NCBI GenBank assembly: GCA_038087875.1
Contig: CM075991.1
Span: forward strand, 14,324,001-14,344,143
DNA length: 20,143 bases
Source of the DNA: Malacoraja senta
Taxonomy: Eukaryota
Direction: 5' to 3'
In this document: positions 11,024 through 18,425 of the stretch, piece after piece
Position numbering within the stretch: position 1 is the stretch's first letter
Layout of the letters: each line of letters begins with the position of its first letter
Program-made: the position numbers and the translations under genes
The notes under the pieces: model-generated
Databases searched by the model: none
What the model was told of the DNA's origin: nothing
The model's input: the letters and a program-made list of their open reading frames with translations, nothing else

Positions 11024-11211
11024 GTAGGACATAACTGCAGATGCTGGCTTAAATCAAAGGTAGACACAAAATGATGGAGTAACTCAGCGGCACAGGCAGC
11101 ATCTCTGAATAGATCAGTCTGAAGAAGGGTCTCGACCCGAAACGTCACCCATTCCTTCCCTCCAGAGATGCTACCTGTCCCGCTGAGTTACTGCAGCATT
11201 TTGTGTCTGTT
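11024..11211. mobile_element. PLE-derived palindromic mini-element (inverted arms around a hammerhead), 13-bp TSD
   Basis: TSD GTCTCCAACATGT at 11011-11023 and 11212-11224. Inverted arms of 46 bp at 11062-11107 and 11163-11208 match at 42/46. HHR core at 11119-11146. Confidence 0.85.
11119..11146 (+). ncRNA. Minimal type I hammerhead ribozyme motif (PLE type), intact core
   Basis: CUGAAGA-A-[GGGU cucg ACCC]-GAAA-C-GUC, with predicted cleavage after 11146. Confidence 0.8.
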
Positions 11212-11731
11212 GTCTCCAACATGTTGGAAAAAACAAACATAAAAAGGGTGATAACATTGTGGAGCACTTGCATTCAGTCTTCAGGAGTGACCCGAGCTGC
11301 CTGTGGCTTGCTACTGCATCTTGACTGATCGCTTGGTGGCCTCAAGTACTGTTACAACGTGGCCTAAAGCAAACCTGAAGAACAGCCCCTTAAGTTTTGT
11401 TGCAGGTTGCAGCTTTCCAGATTCAATATTGAACTCCACACTTTCAACTAACTTGATTTCTCTGCATGAGTTGCCCATCTGTGAGATTAGCTCAGCTTGT
11501 TGTTTTTTTCTATTCCCTTTATCTTCTGGGAGTGAAGGACATGCCCAGCTGACCTGCTGGACAGAATTCCATGCTCAGCATTCTGCCAGTCCTCCATTCT
11601 TCATTCTATGCTTTTGCTACTCACTCATTGATCAGATAAATTTGTTTAAACATATCTCCATGGTCACCCCAGTTTAGAGATATCCATCCTCCCCCCCACT
11701 TTATGCAACTTATCTTGTCTCCTTCCCAGTT

Positions 11732-11759
11732 CTGACAAAGGGTTTTGACCTGAAACTTT
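11732..11759 (+). ncRNA. Degenerate hammerhead motif in an old pLTR
   Basis: CUGACAA-A-GGGU uuug ACCU-GAAA-CUUU, with core G8 mutated. Confidence 0.5.
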
Positions 11760-11860
11760 AACTTGGTTCATCATCCTAATGATGCAGTCTGACCTGATCA
11801 GTGTTTCAGGCATTTTCTGTTTTTAAAACTTACTCTGATTCTTTACTATAACTGACATTA

Positions 11861-12393
11861 TCAGTTCGCCTGGCCTACCTCATCTCCCGGTTGCTAAACA
11901 CTTTAATTCCTCTATCCATTCCCACACTGACCTTTCTGTCCTGGGCCTCCTCCATTGTCAGCGTGAGGCCAAACGCAAATTTGAGAAACAGCACTTCATT
12001 TTTCGCTTGGCCAGCTTACACCCCAGTGGCATGAATATGATATCTCTAACTTCAAGTAATCCTTGCATTCCCTCTCCGTCCCTCCCCGACCCGTTGTTGT
12101 ACTAGTTTCAATGTCATCCTGGTGTTTCATTGTCTGGAACTCATTTTCATCTAGCCCTCGGCTAACAATGGACCGTTTCCTTGATCATCATTACTTTTTT
12201 GCATATTTTTCATTCATTTGTTCTATATCTCTCTATATCACTGGTTATATCTCTAATTTCCCTTTCCCCTGACTCTGTCTGAAGAACGGTCTTAACCCGA
12301 AACATTACCAGATGCTGTCCGACCCACTGAGTTACTCCAGCTTTTTGTGTCTATCTTCGGTTTAAACCAAAATCTACAGTTCCTTCCTACACA
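11861..12393 (+). mobile_element. 5'-truncated Penelope-like fragment (GIY-YIG C-terminus, 3' pLTR with HHR at 12279-12306)
   Basis: Translation LPVAKHFNSSIHSHTDLSVLGLLHCQREAKRKFEKQHFIFRLASLHPSGMN. The HHR reads CUGAAGA-A-CGGU cuua ACCC-GAAA-CAUU. Confidence 0.85.
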
Positions 12394-12447
12394 TGTCCTA
12401 ATGTCTATTCTTAGTAATATCCGCCAAGACAAGGAACTTGTAAAGCT

Positions 12448-13058
12448 GTTAAAGAAGGAACTGCAGATGCTGGAAAATCGAAGGTACACAAAAATGCTGG
12501 AGAAACTCAGCGGGTGCAGCAGCATCTATGGAGCGAAGGAAATAGGCAACGTTTCGGGCCGAAACCCTTCTTCAGACTGATAGGGGGTGGGGAGAAGGAA
12601 AAAAGGAAAAAGGCGTAGGAGCCCGAGGGCTGGGGGAGGGGAGGAGACAACCAGAGGGCTGATGAAGGGGAGGGGACAGCAAGGGCTAGCAGAATTGGGA
12701 GAATTCAATGTTCAAGCCCCCAGGATGTAGACTGCCCAAGCGGAATATGAGGTGCATTTCCTCCAATTTACGGTGTTGCTCGCTGTGGCCATGGAGGAGA
12801 CCCAGGACAGAGGTCAGATACGGAATGGGAGGGGGAGTTGAAGTGCTGAGCCACCGGGAGGTAAGGTTGGTTGTTGCGGACCGACCGGAGGTGTTCGGCG
12901 AAACGATCGCCAAGCCTCCGCTTGGTCTCACCAATGTAGATCAGCTGGCATCTAGAGCAGCGGATGCAATAGATGAGGTTGGAGGAGATGCAGGTGAACC
13001 TCTGTCGCACCTGGAACGACTGCTTGGGTCCTTGTTGGAGGAGATGCAGGTGAACCTC
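12448..13058 (-). mobile_element. Young 5'-truncated Penelope-like element (GIY-YIG domain plus pLTR), 9-bp TSD
   Basis: Translation SNLIYCIRCSRCQLIYIGETKRRLGDRFAEHLRSV...HLIFRLGSLHPGGLN, with frameshifts. TGTAAAGCT occurs at 12439-12447 and 13059-13067. Confidence 0.92.
12548..12575 (-). ncRNA. Minimal hammerhead ribozyme motif, intact core
   Basis: Minus strand reads CUGAAGA-A-[GGGU uucg GCCC]-GAAA-C-GUU. The palindromic AACGUU could form helix III in a dimer. Confidence 0.8.
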
Positions 13059-13900
13059 TGTAAAGCTCACAGCTCAACTTACAAAAAGTGAAAAATCATT
13101 GTTGGCATTTCAATTTCAGTTAATGAGACTATAACACACAAAACAAATTGACAACAAATCTTTCAAAGATAAAGAAACAAATGGTTACTTCTAGTTATAC
13201 AAAGTATTCCGTGTCCCTTTCAGTTTGTTCCCTGGTACTTCACACACCAGAAAGTATTTTGAAGTGTTATCTCCCCTGTAAAGCACAATTTGTTTACATT
13301 CAGGCTTCCACCAGCAGCATATGTAAATATACAGGTCATCTGTTTAGTGACATTGCGATAAGGAGCATTACTGGGGACTTAGTTCTAAATATTCTCATCA
13401 ATAGGGTCTTAATGCTGTACTGATATATTTAATTTGTAATCAACAATTAGGTTTTTGTTTAAAACTCATATAAAGAATCGGGGTATCATTGACAAAGCCA
13501 AATATTGTTCACCCCTAATTGCCTGTACTTAGTGGCTTATCAGGCCATTTCACAGGGCAATTTAATTTCCATTGATTGCCTGCATGTGGACATGCGAGGA
13601 AAGAAACACCTTTGTTTGATAAAGAGCTTTTTCAAGACCTGTTCCACAGCAATTGAGCCCAGATTCAGCACCAGTCATCATATCTTCTACTTTCCATTGC
13701 ACCCCATCCCTCGCCTCCTTCTCCATTGTCTGCCCCTTTACTTCCCCTTTCCAGCATCCCATCCCTCCAGCCACCCCCATTACGGATTCAACCCCTCCTC
13801 CCTCACGTTCTCACCTCACCTGTATCATGGATTCATTCCTAGAGCGGAAGGATTGATACATGACAAGCAGGTAAAGAAGTTGGATCTGTATTCTTTGGAG

Positions 13901-14513
13901 AAAACAGGAATTGCAGATACTGGTTTACAAATAAAAAGTGCTGGAGTAACTCAGCAGGTCAGGCAGCATCTTTGGAGAACATGGAAGGTGACTTTTTAGG
14001 GTCTGAAGGAGGGTCTCGACCCAAAACGTCATCAGATTCATGACATGAAGATGGCGCCCAAGCCAGCATTCTCTCTGTATGCTGGTCCCAGAAGTGGATC
14101 TGCAATTACGCATTACAATTGCTCCACTCTTTTAAACCAGTACTCCAACAGATCTGTACACTGTGGATGGATCAATTGTAATCATATATAGTCTTTCCAC
14201 TGACTGGTTAGCACACAACAAAAAGGTTTTCACTGTACCTTAATACACATGAATAAACTAGACTTAACCAAACATCTTAGGAGAACACAGAAGGTGACAT
14301 TTCAGGGTCTGAAAGGATCTCGACCTGAAAGGTGTCAGAGGTTGAGGGGAGAAGGCAGGAGAATGGAATTAGGATGGAGAAATAGATCAGCCACGATTGA
14401 ATGGCGGAGTAGACTTGATGGGCCAAATGTCCTAATTCTGCTCCTATCCCTTATGATCTAAACTATCCTCCAGAGATGCTGCCTGACCCACTGAGTTACT
14501 CCAGCACTTTGCT
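13901..14513. mobile_element. Composite PLE-derived palindromic element with two degenerate HHR segments and internal cargo, 16-bp TSD
   Basis: TSD TCTGTATTCTTTGGAG at 13885-13900 and 14514-14529. Inverted arms of 43 bp at 13935-13977 and 14468-14510 match at 40/43. HHR-like segments lie at 14003-14030 and 14309-14330. Confidence 0.82.
14331..14460 (+). mobile_element. CR1 3' tail embedded in the composite element
   Basis: GGAGAAGGCAGG...GATCAGCCACGATTGAATGGCGG...GGGCCAAATGTCCTAATTCTGCTCCTA is homologous to the reverse complement of 9550-9660. Confidence 0.8.
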
Positions 14514-14901
14514 TCTGTATTCTTTGGAGGTTAGTTGGGATGGGGGTGAACCTATTGAAACATACAAGATCCCAGGAGGGGTATACGATAAGATATTTTC
14601 ACTCATGGGAGAATCTAGATCAAAGTAAGAAGAGGAGCCCTCCCAGCCCTTCTCTCCAGCCCCCCATCCACCTCTAGCATCTCCATCCATCCTGCTGGCT
14701 AGCCTCCCTCCTCCTTTCCTAACCTCTCCCTCCTTGCTCGCCATCACCTCCTATCCCTTTCAAGCCCCTCCCTCCAGCTAATGCCTCCTTCTAGTCCCTA
14801 CCTTCCCGCCACCCATCCTCCCCTCACCCTAATAACTCACCATCCCCAGCCCTTCTATCTCAAGCCTTCCTCACCCCCGTCCCTTACCCCTCCCTGCTGC
14901 C

Positions 14902-15666
14902 CAGGGGCGGAAATCCCGGGGGGGCAGTGGGGACACCCCCCCCCCCCCCGTTTTGAGAGTTGGGGGATGATTCCCCCCCCCCCATTTTTTGTAATCCGGA
15001 TCTAAAAACTCGGTGAAATCACCGCTTTCCGCGAGACTGTTGATCGAGGGCGCCGATTGGACGAGAGAGACGTTGGTTAGCAGGCAATGGGGGTGGGACA
15101 TGATAATTCAGCACGATCATTGGAGGAGGGAGGTGTCGGTCAGAGGCGGAAGTAGGGGGGCTGGGACTGAGGATAGAGCGCGGTGATTGGAGGAGGGTGA
15201 CTTGCCAAAACACTCTCGGCAGCCCTGACACAGCCCTGCACCTCATCCGCAGCCAGGATAGATCCCGGCTCTCCGGCGCTGCAATCGCTGCCGAACCACC
15301 ATTGGACCATCCCCGTCCTCACCCAAGTGCCCCCCCGGGGGTGGCCAGAGACGTCGGGAGTCAGACGGGAGCTGTGCCCCCAGGCCCACAGCCAGCGCAG
15401 AGAAGCAGCGCTAAACCCAGCTCAACTCTGCCGGGCCTGCCAGGTTAACCTACAGCCCTGCCTGGACTTACGGGAAATATGGCCCAGGATTACAGTCAGC
15501 GCGGAGAAGCAGCGCTAGCTCGTCCAGGCAGGGCTGTAGGTTAACCCGGCGAGACAGGCAGAGTTGAGCTGCATTTAGCGCTGGATTGAGCCTCCGAACG
15601 CTCACACACACAAGAAATTGTGTCCCCCCTGTCCCCCGCACATTTTGAAAGCAATTTCCGTGCCTG
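14902..15666. mobile_element. Non-autonomous hAT-like DNA transposon (765 bp)
   Basis: TIRs CAGGGGCGGAAAT (14902-14914) and ATTTCCGTGCCTG (15654-15666) match at 11/13. The 8-bp TSD CTGCTGCC lies at 14894-14901 and 15667-15674. No transposase ORF is present. Confidence 0.88.
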
Positions 15667-15699
15667 CTGCTGCCCCCCCCCCACCCCCCCCCTCATATT

Positions 15700-16555
15700 C
15701 TACAGATTCAGGATCAGTTCCTGTGAATTGGAGGGTAGCTAATGTTATCCCACATTTTAAGAAAGGCGGGAGAGAGAAAACAGAACTATAGACCAGTTAG
15801 CCTGACATCAGTATTGGGGAAGATGTTGGAGTCATTATAAAAGATGAAATAGCGGCACATTTGGATAGCAGTAGCAGCATCGGTCCAAGTCAGCATGGAT
15901 TTTCGAAGGGGAAATCATGCTTGACTAATCTTCTGGAATTCTTTGAGGATGTAATTAGGAAAATGGACAAGGGAGAGCCAGTGGATATAGTGTACCTGGA
16001 CCTTCAGAAAGCATTTGATAAGGTCCCACATAGGAGATTAGTGGGCAAAATTAGAGCACATGGTATTGGGGGTAGAGTACCAACATGGATAGAAAATTGG
16101 TTGGCAGACAGGAAACAAAGAATGGGGATAAACGGGTCCCTTTCAGAATGGCAGGTAGTGACTAGTGGGGTACCGCAAGGCTGGGACCGTAGCTATTTAC
16201 AATATACATTAATGATTTAGATGAAGGGATTAAAAGTAACATTAGCATATTTGCAGATGACACAAGGCTGGGTGGCAGCGTGAACTGTGAGGATGCTATG
16301 AGGGTGCAGGGTGACTTGGACAGGTTGGGTGAGTGGGCAGATGCATGGCAGATGCAGTTTAATGTGGATAAATGTGAGGTTCTCCACTTTGGTGGCAAAA
16401 ACAGGAAGGTAGATTATTATCTGAATGGTGTCAAGTTGGAAAAAGGGGAAGTACGAGATCTGGTTCTGGTTGATTACTGCGCAAACACCTCATCAGTGGT
16501 TATCTCGCGCAGGTCGGAGTGATCTGGGGGTCCTTGTTCATCAGTCACTAAAGGT
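15700..16555 (+). mobile_element. CR1 reverse-transcriptase fragment, frameshifted and 3'-truncated
   Basis: Motifs WRVANVIPHFKKG, NYRPVSLTS, QHGFSKGKSCLTNLLEFF, YLDLQKAFDKVPH, SGVPQG, YINDL, FADDT and WQMQFNVDKC. Confidence 0.93.
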
Positions 16556-16934
16556 AAGGTACACAAAAATGCTGGAGAAACTCAGCGGGTGCAGCAGCAT
16601 CTTTGGAGCGAAGGAAATAGGCAACGTTTCAGGCCGAAACCCTTCTTCAGACTGATAGGGGGTGGGGGGAAGAAAGGAAAAAAGGAAAAAGGCGGAGGAG
16701 CACGAGGGCTGGGGGAGGGGACAACCAGAGGGCTGATGAAGGGGAGGGGACAGCAAGGGCTAGCAGAATTGGGAGAATTCAATGTTCAAGCCCCCAGGAT
16801 GTAGACTGCCCAAGCGGAATATGAGGTGCATTTCCTCCAATTTACGGTGTTGCTCGCTGTGGCCATGGAGGAGACCCAGGACAGAGAGGTCAGATACGGA
16901 ATGGGAGGGGGAGTTGAAGTGCTGAGCCACAGGG
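16556..16934 (-). mobile_element. Second young Penelope-like fragment, near-identical to 12481-12855, with HHR at 16623-16650
   Basis: Direct visual alignment shows only scattered differences. The minus-strand HHR reads CUGAAGA-A-GGGU uucg GCCU-GAAA-C-GUU. Confidence 0.92.
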
Positions 16935-17342
16935 ACCTCAGGTTGTGAGTAGGGTGCGGTGCGGCGGCCATGTTCAGGGAGCCCCGGTTCGGTGGTCGTG
17001 TAGAGTAGGCCCAGTTTGGCGGCGATGTTAGGACCGGGCCCATCTGTGATGTTCGGCGGGCCCAGTGCGACGGCGATGTCGGATGGGCCCGGTGCGGCGA
17101 TGATGTTGGGAGGTCCCGGGGGCCGGCGAGATTCGGAGGAATCGGCGAGGGGGAGGAAGTCCGAGTTACCGTAGAAGCGGCGAGGCTGGGCGTCATCAGT
17201 AGGCAGGTGAAGGTCGGCGGCAGCATCGACGTGGAGGTCGGTGAAGGCGGCGTCCTGGTGCGGTCGAGTCGCGGAGAGTCGGCGGCAGGAGCGGCCTGGA
17301 GGCGGGCTACTTTAAGGTCCTTGGTGGAGTTGAGGTGGGCCA

Positions 17343-17546
17343 TGTAGATGATATATGCATGTGCCTTTAATATAGTGACCTCATCACTACTAACCACTCC
17401 CCATATCACAAGTATAACTACAACCTCCCCACCCACAGATCGCTCTCTAGTTCCTGTGACAGACCACGTACAGCTAGTGCAATATGTAATGCTCCAGTAT
17501 GAATAAAGATAGTAAAGTAACGATGTGTCGTTAGAACGTCTTTACA
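17343..17546 (+). repeat. Putative 5' LTR (204 bp) of the Gypsy element
   Basis: It starts TGTA and ends TACA, contains TATAA at 17413 and AATAAA at 17502-17507, and is directly followed by PBS-like TGGTGTCA (17547-17554). The 3' LTR is outside the window, so the left boundary is unconfirmed. Confidence 0.75.
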
Positions 17547-17642
17547 TGGTGTCATACCTCTTACCTTGCGCCTCCTGTCTATCGGTTTATCATTTAATTT
17601 TATCCCTGTTTTTTGTTTCCCCAACCTTCTCATTTCCTCGTT

Positions 17643-18425
17643 ATGGCCACTTCTGCCCGTAAGCCTGATGTGCTCGTTTTCGATTCTGACATTGCCCAAC
17701 GATGGGATGTCTTCAAACGTGACTTTGACCACTATGTCACGATCGCTCATCCTGCCATCACCCCAGAGCTCCCAGCCTCTCTGCTTCTCAACTTGGCTGG
17801 TCCCGAGGCCCTGGCTCGCTCAGACTTCTTCGTCTACGCTGAGGGAGAATCTGCTCGGGACCCGGTATGTCTGGTGGCTAAGTTTAGTGCTATTTGTGAC
17901 ATTCCAACAAACTGCATCTTAGAACGTTTTAAACTGTTCGCGCGGCGTCAGCTCCCTGGGGAATCTGCAGAGAACTATGTCGCTGCGCTGCGGCACCTGG
18001 CCAGACGGTGCTGCCTCAACACGCTGACCCCCGAGGAGATTGTTAGGGATCTTCTGGTTTACGGTCTCCGCGACGATAAGCTCAGGGCCGAACTTTTGCG
18101 GAGGCCCGATCTGACTTTTAACGATGCAATGCACGCCACCCGCTTGGCTGAGGCTGTCACCTCGACGGTGTCACCGACTGACCATGATATTAACCTTGCC
18201 AGCACTTCCAGCCGTCTGATGAACACGCCCCGGTCGCGACCCCCAGGGTCGCTCACTGCTCAAGGGGGACGTGCCCCGGGGTTCGGAACTGCTCCCGGGG
18301 ACATGCCCGGCAAAGGTGCCCTAATTGTAACTTCACCACTCATCAATACAATGTATGCCCTGCCTTGGGTAAAACGTGTAATGTCTGCAAGAAATTGAAC
18401 CATTTCGCTGCGGCCTGTCGTTCCC
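17643..18425 (+). pseudogene. gag: Gag with two CCHC knuckles, frameshifted between 18194 and 18317
   Basis: Starts MATSARKP and includes ERFKLFARRQLPGESAENYVAALRHLARRC and RDLLVYGLRD. The knuckles CPNCNFTTHQYNVC and CNVCKKLNHFAAAC are in the -1 frame. Confidence 0.85.

Larger units (their letters stand above)
10410..11825 (+). mobile_element. Old, internally deleted Penelope-like element (RT N-terminal remnant, pLTR remnant, GIY-YIG endonuclease, 3' pLTR)
   Basis: Remnants KGGAV, AEARHRFLDT and HLIP*..ACPGRSIVSA match the PLE RT N-terminus. SNLVYCIQCSQCSLQH/VGKNK..GDNIVEHLHSV aligns with the GIY-YIG of the copy at 12448-13058. Degenerate pLTRs lie at ~10677-10790 and 11732-11825. Confidence 0.75.
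13826..14625 (+). mobile_element. Old CR1 fragment (13826-13900 and 14514-14625) split by the insertion at 13901-14513
   Basis: FIPRAEGLIHDKQVKKLDLYSLE on the left continues as a decayed G-x-x-IETYKI...MGESRSK on the right. Confidence 0.65.

Noticed and set aside
13148..13423. 91-aa ORF and splice-like signals in unique sequence
   Set aside because: Non-ATG start, no recognisable domain, and inconsistent splice frames on either strand.
16480..16500. Complete hammerhead ribozyme in the 57-bp insert
   Set aside because: CUGAUGA is present on the minus strand, but there is no stem II-GAAA or cleavage triplet in register.
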